Source: the human T2T-CHM13v2.0 reference genome, Homo sapiens. Taken from it: a stretch of 64,000 bases of DNA. The stretch is from assembly GCF_009914755.1 (NCBI RefSeq), contig NC_060938.1, one strand, 5' to 3'. Positions within the stretch are counted from its first letter, which is position 1. Each line of letters starts with the position of its first letter. The position numbers and the translations under genes are program-made. Under the pieces are notes generated by a model. It was not told the origin of the DNA and did not search any database. It was given only the letters and a program-made list of their open reading frames with translations. Below, piece by piece: positions 11,681 through 27,140 of this stretch.

Positions 11681-14294
11681 ATTATATCAAATGAAAAAAG
11701 GTGATTTTTTATGTCATTTAATTTGTCCCACAATATTGACTTTTTACTCTTCTCCATGTCCTGATACTCATAATATTCCTCATTTTTCTCCATTAAACTC
11801 CATCTTTCAGGGACACTTCTAATACATTATTTTATACTAAATTGTAAACTAGAATTAATTTTTGAAGTATTGCCACTTGCAGGGGGATGTATATTTAATT
11901 TACGGAATTATAAATCTAGACAATAATGTACATTGTTAGGATTTTCTATCAGATTTATTTTAATTAATAAATGTTACCTTTAATTTTTTTTAAATCATCC
12001 TTTTTTAAGCATTTATTCAGTTGGGACTTTCAGTTCATGTACTTTCCTCTAAATTAAAATCAGATATCATTTGTAGAATTTTATGCAATGACTAAGATGG
12101 TTTTTTGGGAGTTGATATTCATTACCAAATTTTCTGAAAATATGTAGTATTTGCATTATATCATGATTTCTTATGTTACAATAGGTTTTTTAAAAAAATT
12201 TCAATAACATTAAAATTATTTCTAAATACATCTTAATTTAAAGTAGTTAATTTTAAAATATTTAGTCATTAACTTATAGAATTTAATTTAAATTACCGAG
12301 GTGTGTGCATGAGATCAAATAATTATTCTACATTTGCAGTATTTCACAGTGTTTTGTTCTATTTATAATTCGTGTTCCTTCTATGTGTGGAAAAAAAAAT
12401 AAGGCTTGTCATGTTCATAACAAAATGTTAAAACCTTTAAGAAAGAATGGAAACTACAACAGAATATTTCTAATTTCAGTTGTACTCCATGTCTGCCATT
12501 ATACAGATTGTTTAGAGAATCTCCCAAATTACATTCCATATAAAAAGAAATTGAGTGTCAGTGTATCAAACAGAACCATTTTAAACAGTCATGCAAGATG
12601 GAGAGAGGAGGTATAATAATGTGGGCCCTGAAATGTTACAGTATGATAGAGTCATAGTTTTATGATAGTTTTTTTCACTTTAATTTCCAGGAATAATCAT
12701 GAAGTTTAAGAAGAAAGAATACTATCAGAAAAGAGGCAATTTTTTTTATATTTAAAAAGTTCCCTTTTCCAGTCTGTTCATTTTTATGCATCAACTCTCA
12801 TTTTATGTTGACAATTTCATAATAACTATATTTACCTTTATTTTTTATCCATATGCATTTCATTTAAAAGTGAAAACTTCCACTCAAAATGTAAAAAGAA
12901 CTTATAGAACTTGCCTCCAAAGAGCTCTACTACTCTGTCTTTCCTATTTCATCCAATGTTACGACTACAATTCCCATCTATCAAACACAGCAGAGTCAAT
13001 TGGTAAGTCATTTATGTCTCTTTTTATACTATTTTTCATGAAGTTTCTCTATTTTCCAGTTCTATTGTATGTCACCTCAAATATCCATACAACACATTAT
13101 TTTAATCTCCTTCCCTCTAAGCATTTCTGTTCCACTTAATCTAACACAATGTTCTCAAAGATATGACAAACTGCAACTCTGTTAAAAAACCTTCAAAGAC
13201 TTTCCACTGAACTGAACAGAATTAGAATAGATGATTATTTCAGTCATGTGTTGGTATACAACAAAATACCCCAATCACCTGTTCTTCCTCCTGTTAAAGT
13301 CAATGTATTATTAAAACGTCCAACTTCCTTTTATGAAATATTTCACACATACCCAAACATGAAAAATAATTGATACAGCAACATAACCAGAAACAAGATT
13401 ATAAGAAATTCTACAAGGGATAACTACAGGCTAAAATTGTTTAGCATCCCCTTGTATATTTCTCTATTTTTAAGTACAGGTCTGTGTATAGAATATTTTA
13501 TAACGCATACGGTAGTGTTTGTATCTTCAAATTTAAATAAGATGTTATTGTTTTATCTGTATTATTTCAACACATGCTTTATAATCTCACTATGATATTT
13601 TTGAGAACCATTGCAGCTGATACTTGGGTATCCGTTTTTGTTTAATTTCTATATGGGATTTCATTATATATAATATAAAGCTATCAATTTTCATATCAGG
13701 AAATGTTGGCATTTTTATATTTACCATTGTAAATGTTAAAAACAAAGCTACAATAAATATTTATGGTTTTGTTGTTTATATATATTAGAATTTTCATAGG
13801 ATAGACATAGAGCAGGGAAATTTTACAACTTTGGGCACTTTCATCCTTACATTGTCAAGTAGCTTTCCAAAGTCGTTGTATGAATTTATCTTCCCACTAT
13901 ATAATTGTTAGAGTTCCTGTTTTCTAACAGCCTCATCAAAGAGGAAAATTTCTCAAGTATTAAGCAGTAAAGTAAAAAAAAAAGTCATCATTCTACAAAT
14001 TCAATTTTACTAAATAAAATATATTTTATATTTTCTTTAAAAGTGATACAAGATATCTTTCACATTTGAAGTTAATGTGATGTTAGAATACAATTTACAA
14101 TTTTTCTATATGTTAATCAAATGCATCACTGCTATGTTATGAATAGTTATTCATTTTTCTGGGTGACATGACAATTCATATGTAAAATATCAAAAGTCGT
14201 CCATGAATTTTTGAATTTCCTGCTATAGTCCAGTGAACAAATTGTTCATCTCTGAGTCAATGCCACACTATCATAATGACTATAATTCATAATC

Positions 14295-15680
14295 AATTCT
14301 TATTGAATATCTGCTCAGTGCCAGTATATGAGTTTGCTGGATCTGTTATAACAAATTACCACAAACGTAAATGTTTAAAGCAACAGAAATATATTCTCTT
14401 ACAGTTCTGTAGGGCAGAAATCTGAAATCAAGGTATAGGTAGGCCCACTTTCCTTCTCAAGTGTTTATGGGTGGATCCTACTTTACCTCTTTCAGCTGCT
14501 GGTGGCTCAAGGCATTCTTTGGTTTGTAGCTGCATAACTCCAAGCTCTGCTTCCATCCTCAAATAGCCTTCTATTTTCTGTATCTTCTCCTCTTCTGTCT
14601 TTCATAAGAACACTTATTGGATTTAGGGTGCACTAGGATCATCCAGTATGATGTCATCTCAAGATCCTTATTAATATATACAAAAAAATTAGGTCACATC
14701 TACAGTTTCTGTGGGCTAGCATATGGAAAGATATGTGCATATTTATCATATTTTGGGAGGCACCATTGAATCTACTAGAGACAAACATCTACATTTAGGA
14801 TAAGAAAAAAATCCTTGCCTTTGTAAAGATTACAGTCAGATATAGGATGACACAAAAGAAATAAAATATAGACAGGTGTTGAAAAGTTATATATTTTGTG
14901 AAGAAAATAAAGTAAGGCAGGATACACAGTAATAGTGGCAGATTACAATTTTAATTAATGTATTCAGTAAGTAACATTGTAAAAATAGCATTGAAATAAA
15001 CACATCAAAAGGCTGAGGGAAGAAAAAGAATACAGTTTTTCTCTACATCCCAAATTACTTCTGATTGAATGTTTTTACTGGGATCTGTTTCTGGGAGAGA
15101 CTAAGAGAGTGACTAACTTTGGATAGATTCTGAAGGTAGAGCAAGCAGCAAGACTCGCTGAAAGGTTGGATGTGCAATTCTTGACAAAGAAAATAAGCAG
15201 GATTGACTCTAAGATTTTTGCTCTGAGACAAATGGTCGTTGGTGAGAATGTGCATTTCAAAGTTGAGATATTTATTAGCTTCTCAAAAGAAGACAGCATA
15301 AGAAGTTGGATGTAAGAGCCTGGCATTTAGAAGAGAAGTAAGAGGTAGAGGTACAAATTTGCAAGTTCTTAGCATAAACAATATTGTAAACCATGGCTCT
15401 GTGACAACTCATCAAGGGAGTGGGGGTGGACACAGAAGTGTTCCAAAGACTAAGAAATAGCATACAAAGACATAAGAAGAAAGCCAAGAGGACGTGTTCT
15501 GGAAGCCAAAGAAAAAAACTGGTTTTGTTTGTTTGTTTGTTTATGTGTTTTTGTTTGTTTGTTTTTTAATTAAAGAAAAAGAGACTACTGATAGATCAAT
15601 AAAATGAGAATAAAAAATTAACCTTTATATTTTGGAACATGAAAATAATTAGTGATTTGAAAGAAACATTTAATTGAAAT
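14295..15680 (-). mobile_element. L2 LINE fragments interrupted by MLT1C
   Basis: TATTGAATATCTGCTCAGTGCCAG (L2 3' end, antisense) and purine-rich L2 body with GATTGACTCTAAGATTTTTG and AGTTGGATGTAAGAGCCTGG. Confidence 0.6.
14325..14778 (-). mobile_element. MLT1C-like MaLR solo LTR inserted in an L2
   Basis: ATAACAAATTACCACAAAC..TTAAAGCAACAGAAAT..TTCTCTTACAGTTCTG..GAAATCTGAAATCAAGG...GGCATTCTTTGGTTTGTAGCTGCATAACTCCAA...GGATTTAGGG. Confidence 0.8.
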
Positions 15681-16441
15681 GGTCAATACTTTTCTAGTAT
15701 TTTAATTGTAACTCATGCCTCACTTTGTTACCCAGGTGGGACTGGACTCCTGACCTCACATTTTTAAATAATTAATGCTTATTTAGATTTACCCTTACAT
15801 TTAACAGGTTTACAGTTGCCACTTGCTTCTCACACTTGTCTTTTTTAGTGTTTTCTTTTTTCTTTCTTTGTTACTTTAAAAACAGTTGTTCAATGAATCC
15901 ATGAGTGTGCTTTCTTAAAATTTTGTAGACCCAAAAAGTCTCAGCGCTGTGTATAGTATTCTATCTTGCACTGTATATTTTGCATTTGGAACTTGGTATG
16001 CCATTGCAGTATTGTATTAGTTTTTCAGTGAACTAGCTTCTTTTTAAAATATTCACCAAATCAGTGTTCTTTCTAGTTTGGATTTATTTTTATCAATTCT
16101 GTTCAGAAATTGTCCAATTCCTGAATGTGAAAATTTTTTTTCTTTAATGACTTACAGAAAATTTCCAGTTATTACCTCTAGATATTGCCTCAATACCATC
16201 TTAAATGCACTCAAATTATCTAATATAATAATATTTTTTGTCCGTCTTGCTCTATGTTGATAACTTTATTTCTCTGTGATATATATTTATTATACTAATT
16301 TTAATCATCCATATCTCATAGGTTTTTAAATTCAATTACTATATTTTTATTTTTGGATATCCTTTGCCAAATCTGCTCTTCATTTCTTTTTAAATGTCTT
16401 TAGTGTTTATATATGTTCATTACATATTATTAATTTTATAA

Positions 16442-16815
<374 letters not shown>

Positions 16816-19789
16816 ATGTATATTATTTTTCATTGTGTATTTTGTAATTTTTGTTTGTGAATTTATTTTTAATATAGTTTTCAATTTAACTTGTTAGTTT
16901 CTGTAGTGGCAAATCCTTGTGTTTGCAGTATTGGATTATTTCTCCATAACAGTTTCACATTTCTTCTGCTAGGAAATCCATGGGGAATATTGGAATTGGG
17001 CTAGTTTTTATTTTATTTCTAATGTTTAAAGTTTCTAAAAAATATTGGTGTTATAAAATTCTACTTCAATCCTGAGTAAAGAATAAAGTGCTAGTGACAA
17101 ATTCCCAGTTATGTTTTCCTTTCTTAATATTTGAGAGCCACAGCAAATGTTGCATACCCTTTGATGTTAAGCAGAAACTTTTGTCTAGACATTGACTTCA
17201 GGCTTTAAAATACGTAGTATCTCCCCCAGATTAAAGGTAACTAGTCCCTGATTTCTATTAAAATATAATTTTTAGAAGCTTAAAATCATAGCTCTCAGAC
17301 AAATATAAAATGAATAGGTTTTAAAGGTATTAACTTGAATTAATAAATAACAAATAGATGTTTTAAATGACACAAAGGGAATCTGAGAAACTGGGACATT
17401 TAGAAGCAATTTAGCAAAATAACATTAAGATTGCTTGGTTAAATAAATAAATATAGATTGATATATAACAGTGTCATAAATCTGTGAGGTTATCTGTTCT
17501 ACTAAGGAGATATATTTGTATCTTTACAGGAAAAAAAAATTCATGGTGCAAAATCCCTTTACTAAATCTGGTACCTTTAATTATTATTGTGTAGCACTTA
17601 AGTATAGGAACTTGAATATAGCCAATATATTCCTAAAGATCTCCTAAATTACTCTCCAAATAAAATGCTTTTTGTACATAATTTTTCTATTCCCATTAAT
17701 TATCTTTCACAGTTTTATTTTGTTTTGATTTTTTCTTGTGTTCCTTCCCCCTCCCCTTGGCATTCAGTTAATTCTTCTATTTTCTTTCCCAAACAGGCAC
17801 ATTATCATTAAATGTAATGGTTGGCTGAATCATAACCACATTTAAATATTGCTCTGTTTTGCTATTTGTTTTTCTTCCTTCTTTCCTTTCTTCGTTCTTG
17901 CTTTTCTTGGCAAGCTTATAAAGTTTTATTTGTGTAATTGCTACACAAAGAAACTTCATTGTGTTTGTATTTGCCCTTCAATTGGATCATAAATGACTTG
18001 GTGGCAATGAATATACATAGCTATTTCTGCATCCTAAGTAGCATATATGTAGGTTTTGAATACAGGATTGATAAATGTTTGTCTTGTGAAATTAAAATAA
18101 TTACTGATGTCTACATATTGTTTCCAGCTTGCTTCTCTGTTGTTTCCTCTTTAGATATGCTAGATAACCACTTCAATATGATTCTTCTTATGTAAAACCT
18201 CATATATTCTCAAAATTATTATGTATGCATTCAACTAACTGTACATCTATAGTACAGTAAAAAATGAGATTGTAGTAAGTGAAAATGCATTTATAAGTAT
18301 AGGCAAATTTTTAGGCAAGACACCTCATAAAGATCACTTTAGAAATTAGATCAAGTAAAAATAAATCACAAAAAGAAACGTGAATTAGTCATGTTAAACA
18401 TTGTTTTAGTCAGTAAAACAACATTGAAAAAAGAGGATCTTGTAAAGCCTGATACTTGATTCCTATAGGATAACTAAATCAAATCAGATGTTTTAGAGGT
18501 AATGGTCACCTGATTGTTTTCTCTTGAGTTTTTTCATATAATAGGTGCAGTGGTTCTTGCAATGAGGATTTTTTTTATGGAAATGTGAAATAAAGTACAG
18601 AAATTCCTAATGAAAACCTGTCTTTTAAGTGGATCTCTAAATTCTAAGAAAGTGCTTATAATATCTTAGTTATTTAGCTATTAGCCTGTCAATCATTAGG
18701 AAAGTAAGAGCAATTTACAAAGCATCTACCACTGTGCTAGTACTTGCTCACATGTTCTCGTCCACCTAAGGGAATATTCAAAGCATCTTAATAGTTGCTA
18801 CTAATTCATATAATTTAATTAATTGTATAGCAAATACATTCTCATCTTATTTCACATTTTTAACATACACAAGATATAGCTATTTTATAGTGATTAGGTT
18901 TAGTAAAAATAACACTGATAAAACTCAACTGTTAGCATGTAAAGTTTTAGGCTATGTATTTTTCAAAACAACAAAATATAATTTTTTTAGACTCAACTTG
19001 AAATTTTGTAAAAAATAAAGTTTCAGAAATAGTAAACTATCACAGAACAAGAAGCATAATAGAAAGTAGAAATTGTTTTACTATAAAAAATACTATAAAT
19101 AAAAGGGCTAAATGTTTGTTAATATTCATATACTGATACCAAATATTAGATGCCTTGAGTCACTAAATTAAATTGTCCCTAAATATTACATTTATTATTT
19201 AAAATGTTAAAGTTGCTTACAAACCTCAACAGATATTTTTGCCAACTTATAGATGGGAGAATTTAAAAAGATGCTGATTTTTTTAAAAATAGCTTTTAGA
19301 AAAACAACAAAGTGATTTTATGTCTGGAAGTGAAGACCCTTGGAGGAATTTTTCTCATGGACTGTCAAAATATATACCCAAACCATAAGTGGATGTCTGA
19401 ATAATAATTCATTTACTTTTATTTGATTTGTCAGGTTTTATTTTTCAAAACAAGAGTCAGAATAAGTGATGTATTTTAGTTGGACTTGTTTCTATTGTTT
19501 ATTAACATATCCAAGGAACATGTAGAGTGAATTGGCAGAATATAATCATATTATCAAATAATTATTAGTTTAGTCAGTTTCATAAACCTAGATAATCAAA
19601 TGAAAATACATAACAATATAATTAAGTCATAATTTTTATCAAAATTTTAAAATTAATGAATTAAATCCAGCTACCAAAGATAAGGGTTTGTGAAAAGTAG
19701 TTACAATACTAGAGTGGAGGTTGTAATGAAAACTCAGAATGGGCTATAGTATTAAAAAAATAATAAAGACCTCCAGTATTTTTTTTTTC

Positions 19790-22700
19790 TCAAAATGGCA
19801 GATTAGAGTCATTGTTAGCATGCCTCTCCTATTTGGAAAGACAGAATTGTGTGTGGAGATTCACATTGTAAATTTTTTCCAAGAAGCAACACAGAAAATT
19901 AACAGGAAAAAACTGAAAGAAAGCACAGACCTTTTGAAAGAAGTGTCAGGTTGCTGTCCACATCATGAGCCAGGAGGAAAACTATAAGTCCCTAGAATGT
20001 CAGATAGGGGTAAACTGCCTCTAGGACATATACTCCTACTGGGGAACCAAGCAATCCAGGCCACAGGGAAAGGCCTTAATCCCACCCAGCACTGGAGCTG
20101 ATTTAGTGAGCAGTGGGGCATATATGAGAAGTAGCAGCATGGGGACGGGCTTAGTGTGCATGCCCAGCAGGACAGAGGAAAGCCATCCCTGATTCTACCT
20201 CACAGGGGACCTCACAGAAGTCAGCCAGGTAACTCAGGCAGTGGTCACAGGTTGAGAGAAGCTCTCAACTGAGATTCGTGATATAATCTCGAGTGGAGAC
20301 AAACCCCCTTGGTCAGAACCATGGGGCAGATGGGAAATGTGCTGCAGCCATAGGTGCAAGAGCTGGGTGCCCCTGCTTCATGGGCCGACTAGGAGAGGTG
20401 TGACCTGGAAGCCATGGTTGCAGTCTCTTCTGGGAAGTCTTATGGACTTGGGCAGTGTTGAGTTCTGAGTGTTGACTGCTTGGAACCAAGCTGCTGTGAG
20501 TGGGAGGCTGCAGGTGCAAGACTTGCTTTGCCAAGTGTGTGGGAGCTGAGTGGGGCTAACTGCTGCCTGCTGCTCCCTATTCCTCATACAGATGCTTCTC
20601 TGCAGCAGAGGCAGCTGTGGTACTCCCTGCAACATTACTCCTACAGCCAGAGGACCACTATCTGATCCCCACTTGGGACACTGCTTTTGCCCACACATGG
20701 CAGACAAAAGAGAGCCAGAATGTGAACTTGCCTGATTCAGCCCCCAGCTGGCTTTGCCCCTCCATCTGCCCTGGTAGCTTAACACAAAGAATAGAAAATT
20801 TTGAGAGCTCAATGGCCCTGCCCATTGCCTGAGTCATCAGATTACCTCCCCTGGGTAACATAAGGCAAGCACAAATCCCACTGCTACCAGCTGGTGCTCT
20901 TTTTCAAGTGCCACCTTGTGGCTGGAAGCCTACTGACACAATCCATTACAGCATCTGCAGGCACACTAACAGTGCACAGGAAAGAGAAAACTTGTGTGTG
21001 ACCTAAGCTATCACCTTTGCCTATATAACCTTGGCTAACTAGGAGGTCCTGAGTCTGTCCATGTGACCAGTTCATTACTACTACAGGTGGCATTACAGAA
21101 AAACCAATGCACCAAGACTACTTATAATCAAGAAATCTCACAGAGTCTATGTCATTCTCCTGTCACCCCCATGAGAGCTGTTGCTGCTACTCACTACGGA
21201 GCCTTGAGAACAGGTCACATTACTGGACCCCTTGTAGACATTCCCCAGCACCAACCTGGAGTGTGGCAGTCCCACTAGGTGGCTAGAGCCAGAGAAGTAG
21301 CAGCATTCATACTAGTCTGGCCCTCAGGGACTCCTACTCTTAGGATAAGGGGGAGTGCACATCAGTGGCACACCCCATGGAAAAAAGAATCTAGATGGCA
21401 GGCCTTGAGTCCAGAACATCCGACCTGTGGAAAGTTTCTTTCAGTAGAGGCACAGGTACAGTGCTGTACTTGGGAAAATCTGCAGAACGGTCTTGAAGAA
21501 AAAGACTTTCCCCCCTCATTCACTGCTGCAGACACAGCTGGTACTTCTCTTATGGGAATTTAGCATGAGTGGACCTGTAGATAGCCTTTCTGGAACACCT
21601 CAAGTTAACTGCATCCCCAGAGGAGGAGTCCCCTCCAGATTCAGATTTGCATAAGGCATAGAATCACAATCTCTCTCTACTTGGAACGTCAGAATTCCTG
21701 CAAATAAAAAGGGCCTGCTAATCTGAATAGCTAGAACTGTATTTAGGAGTGTGACCTGCTTTCCTGGGGGCCTGGCAAGGGAGCTGAAGTGGCTCCCTCC
21801 CTTCCCCGTGAAAAGACCTCGGTGCATTTCACTAAGAGCTCCCACAGATGCCTCGGTCAAGGCTTGGACTTCTTCCCACCATTGGGTATTACATTTACCA
21901 ATCTGCTGGTTTTCACTCAGGGACACCACCCCTACTGGCCTGAAATCTGAATTATTCAACCAGGTAAAGAAAACACTGGGAGAAAAAAAAAGGCAAAAAA
22001 GTGCACACAACTTGGGAACTAGATAAGCTTCATGAGACCTCTGCCATTGCTACCCCACAGGAAACAGTGAACCTCCACACACACACACTGAGCATAATGT
22101 TACCACAACTAGCATCTGAGAAAGCCACCATACAAAGATTTTAAATAACCAGGGAACTTATACAGTCTTCACCCCTGAAAGCACGCAGAGCTGAATTAGG
22201 TTACAATAAACTATAAACATTAAAGTCACATCCTCAAAGTGAAAAAAAAAGTGAAAAATCACAGTCAAGTCAAAAAATAAATTCAAAAATAATTAGAAGA
22301 CATAGTCTCAAAAGTAATTAGAAGATATACTCTACCCAAATGAGAAGAAACCAGAAAAATAATTCTGGCAATAGGACAAAATAGGGTTCTATAACACCTC
22401 AAAAAGAACACACTAAGTCCCCAGCAATGGATCCCAACCAAGATGAAATCTTTGAAATGCCAGAAAAAGAATTCAAAGAAATAAGCAAAGTCTCTTAGAA
22501 ATAGGTGATTATGTAAAATGGCCAAATATAGCAATTGCTGTTCTTGAGGGAGAAGAAACAGCAAAACCTTTAGAATACTTATTTGAGGGCATAATTGAAG
22601 AAAACTTTGCTAGCCTTGCTAGATATTTAGATGTCCAAATACAAGAAACTCCATGAGCTCTGGGGAGGTTCACTGCAAAACTGACATTACAAAGCCATAT

Positions 22701-25700
22701 AGTAATCAGGCTATCTAAAGTCAACATGAAGAAATGAATTCTAAGAATAGTGAGACAAAAGTATCAAGTAACCTATAAAGGAAAACCTATTAGACTAACA
22801 GCAGACTTCTCAGCAGAAATCTTACAGCCCAGAAGTTCACTCTATCTTTAGGCTTATCTTTAATATCCTTAGACAAAATAACTATTAGTCAAAAATTTTG
22901 TATCCAGCAAAACTGAGTCTCATAAATGAAAGAGAAATAATGTCTTCCTCAGACAAGCAAATGCTGAGGGAATCTGTCCCTATCAGACCAGTCCTACAAT
23001 AAATGCTAAATCTTGAAACAAAAGGTTGAGCTGCATCAGAATAGACGTCTTGAAAGTATAAAACTTATAGAGCCTATAAAGCAATAACAAAGTGAAAAAA
23101 AAAACCTAAAATTTCTAGGTAACAACATACTGACTGGAACTCCACTTCATGTCTCATAATTGACATTGGCTGTAAATGGTCTATATACTCCACTTAAAAG
23201 ATACAGAATGGCAGAGTTGATTTAAAAAAAATCACAAATCAAATATCTGCTGTCTTCAAGAAACTCACCTAACATACAAAGATTCTCATAGATTCAAGGT
23301 AAGGGGGTGGAGAAAGATATTCAATGCAAATGGAAACCAAAAGCAAGCAGGTGTAGTTATATCAGATAAAGTAGACTTTAAAGCAACAATAGTAAAAAAA
23401 AAAACAAAGAAAGTCATTACATAATAATTAAATAATTAATTCAACAAAATATAATAATTCTACATAAGTATGCACATGACACTGGAGCTCCTACATTTAT
23501 AAAACAATTACTACTAGACCTAAGAAAAGGAATAGACAGCAACACAATAATAGTGAGGAACTCTAACACTCCACTGACAGCACTAGACAGATCACTGAAG
23601 CAGGAAGTCAACAACAACAAAAAGCACTGGACTTAAGTTGCAGTCCAGAAGAAATGGACCTAACAGATGTTTACAGAACATTGTACCCAAAAACTGCAGA
23701 ATTCACATTCTTCTCATCAACACATAGAACAGCCTCCAAGACAGACCATAGGATAGGCCACAAAAACAAATCTCAATAAATTTTAAAAAGTCAAAATTAT
23801 ATAAAGTATCTTCTCAGGTCACAGTGAAATAAAACTAGAAATGAGCTCCAAAAGGAACCCTTAAAACTATATAATTACCTGGAAATTGAACAATCTGCTT
23901 CTTAATGATTATTGGGTTAACAATGAAATGAAGAAATAAATTAAAAAATTCTTTAAATGGATGATTATAGTGACACAAGTTATCAAAACCTCTGGGACAT
24001 AGCAAAAACAATGCTAAAAGGAAAGTTTCTAGCACTGAACACCTACATAAAAAAGTCTGAAAAATTACAAATTCACAACATAATGTCATACCTCAAGAAA
24101 CTATAGAAACAACAAATCATACTTAAAGCCAGGAGAAGAAAAGAAAGATTAAAGCAGAACTAAATGAAATTGAAATAAAAATACAAAAGTTTAATGAAAC
24201 AAAATTTGGTTATTTGAAAATAGAAATAAAATAGATCATTAGTTAGAACAATTAAGATTGTTAGAACAATTAACAACTGTTCTAACAATTAGTTAGAACA
24301 TTAGAACAATTAAGAAGATAGAAGTTTAAATTAGCTCAATTAGAAATGAAAATGGAAACATTTTAACCAATATCACAGAAATATAAAAGATCATTTGAGA
24401 CTACTATGTAACCTCTATGCACATAAAAATAAAAGTAAAGAAAATAGATAGATTCCGGGAAACATACAACCCTACTAGCTTAAACCAGGAAGAAATAGGT
24501 ATCCTTACAGACCAATAACAAGCAGTGAGATTGTATAAGTAAGAAAAAAAAATGCTGACTAAAAAACCCAGACAGATCACAGCCAAATTCTACCAGACAT
24601 TCAAAGAAGAATTGGTACCAAGCCTACTGAAACTACTCTAAAAGACTGAGAAAAAGGGAATCCTCCTTAACTCATTCTATGAAGCCAGTATCACCCTGAT
24701 ACCAAAACCAGAAAAAGGCATATCATAAAAAAAGAAAACTACAAATGAACATCTCTGATAAAGACATATGCAAAAATTCTTAACAGATACTGGCAAATCA
24801 AATCCAAAAGCATATCAAAAAGACAATTCACTATAATCAAGTGAGTCTCATCCCAGGGATGCAAGGATGACTCAACATACACAAGGTAATAAATGTGATG
24901 TATTTCATAAACAGAATTAAAAACCAAATACATATGATCATCTCAATAGATGCATAAAAACATTCAGTAAAATCCAGCATTGCTTTATGATAAAAACCCT
25001 AAACAAACTAGACATAGAATAAACATATCTCAAAATAATAAAAGCTATATATGACAAACCCATGGCCATCATCATATTGAATGGGGAAAAGTTGAAAGTA
25101 TTCCCACTGAGGGCTAGAACAAGTTAAGGATGCCCATTTTCACCACTTCTACTTAACATAGTACTGGAAGTCCTACCCAGAGCAATCAAGCAAGAGGAAG
25201 AAATAAAGGGCATCCGAACTGGAAAAGAGGAAGTCAAATTATCTCTGTTTGCTGATGATTTAAGCATATACTTAGATAAGCCTAAGAATTCCACCAAAAG
25301 ACTCTTCTATTTGATGAATGAATTCATAAAATCTTAGGTTACAAAATGAATGTACACAAATTAGTACTACTGCATAGCACCAACAATGATCAAGCTGAGA
25401 ATCAAATCAAGAACTCAATTTCTTTTACAATAGCAGCAGAAAAAAAATTGAAATACACTTAACCAAATAAGTGAAAGATCTCCATAAGGAGAGCTACAAA
25501 AACTGCTGAAATAAATTAGAGATGATATAAACAAATGGAAATACATCCCATGCTCATGGATAGGAAGAATCATATTTGTGAAAATGACCTTACTGCTAAA
25601 AGCAATCTACAGATCCAATGCAATTCCTATCAAAATACTGACATCGTTTTTCATAGAATTAGAGAAAGCAATTCTAAATTCTTATGAAACCAGAAATGAG

Positions 25701-27140
25701 CTTGAATTACAAAAGCAACTCTAAGCAAAAAGAACAAATCTGGAGGCATAGTGTTAAGAGACTTCAAGTTATAATACAAGGTTTTAGTAATCAAAACAGC
25801 ATGCATGGTACTGGTATAAAGGTAGATAAATAAACCAAAGGAAAGGAATAGAGAAACCAGAAATAAAGCCAAATGTATACAACCAACTGAACTTCCACAA
25901 AGCATTCAAAAACATAAATAGGAAAGGACACCCTATTCAATAAATGATGCAGGGAAAACAGGATAGCCACATGTAGAAGAATGAAACTGGATCACTCATT
26001 CTCACCATCCACAAAAATTAGAAGATGGATCAGACTTAAATATAAAACCCAAAACCATAAAAATTCTAGAAAAAAAACTAAGAAAAACACATCTGGACAT
26101 TTACCTAAGCCAAAACTTTATGACTAAGACTCCAAAAGTAAATGCAACAAAAACAAAAATAAATAAAAAGGACATAATTAAACTAAAAACCTTCACAGCA
26201 AAAGAAATAATCATCACAGTAAACAGATAACTCAGAGAATAGAAGAAAATATTTACAAAGTATGCATCTAGCAAATAATTAATATCTAGAATTAACAAGG
26301 AAAACAAATCAGCAAGAAAAAATAATCCCATCAGAAAGTGAAAAAAAATGACATGAATAGACATTTCTCAAAAGAAGATATACAAATGACCAACAAACAT
26401 ATAAAAAATTCTTAACATCACCAATCATCAAAGAAATGCAAATTAAAACCACAGTGAGATACCATCTTTTCCCAGCATAATAGGTATTATTAAAAAGTCA
26501 AAAGAAAAAAAACAGATTTTGGCATGAATGTGGTGAAAAGGGCATGCTTATACATTGCTGGTGGGAATGTAAATTAGTACATCCTTTATGTAAAGCATTA
26601 TGGAGATTTTTGAAATAACTAAAAGCAGATCTAGCATTCAGTCCATCAATCCCACTACTGGTTATCTACTCAAATTAAAAAAGTCATTGTATCAAAAATA
26701 CACCTGCATGTATATGTTTATTGCAGTACAATTCACAATTACAAAGATACAGAACCAACCTAAGTGCTCCTCAACCAATGAGTGGATAAAGAAATGTGGT
26801 AAACATACACCATGACATAATACTCAGCCCTAAAAAGAATGAAATAATGTCATTTGCAGCAACTCCAACTGGAGCTGCAGGCCATTATTCTAAGTGAAGT
26901 AACTCAGGAATGGAAAACCAAATATCATATATTCTCACTTTTAAGTGGTAGCTACGCCATGGGTATGCATACAGAGTGGTATAATGGACATTGGAGACAA
27001 CTAAGGGGTATAGTAGGAGGTGGGTGAGGGATAAAACACTACATATTGGGTACAATGTACACTACTTGGGTGACATGGGCACCAAAATCTCAGACTTTAC
27101 CACTCTGTAACCAAAAACCACTTGTCCCCAAAAGCTATTG
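19790..27140 (+). mobile_element. Near-full-length, inactivated L1PB-type LINE-1 (L1PB3-like 3' end)
   Basis: L1PB-type 5' start CAAAATGGCAGATTAGAG and a ~2.5 kb 5'UTR. ORF1 relic from ATG 22340; ORF2 relic from ~23130 to ~26930 with endonuclease and RT-region sequence (TTTGCTGATGAT, FADD, ~25248). 3'UTR CATACAGAGTGGTATAATGGACATTGGAGAC...AAAGCTATTG. Many stops and frameshifts. Confidence 0.9.
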
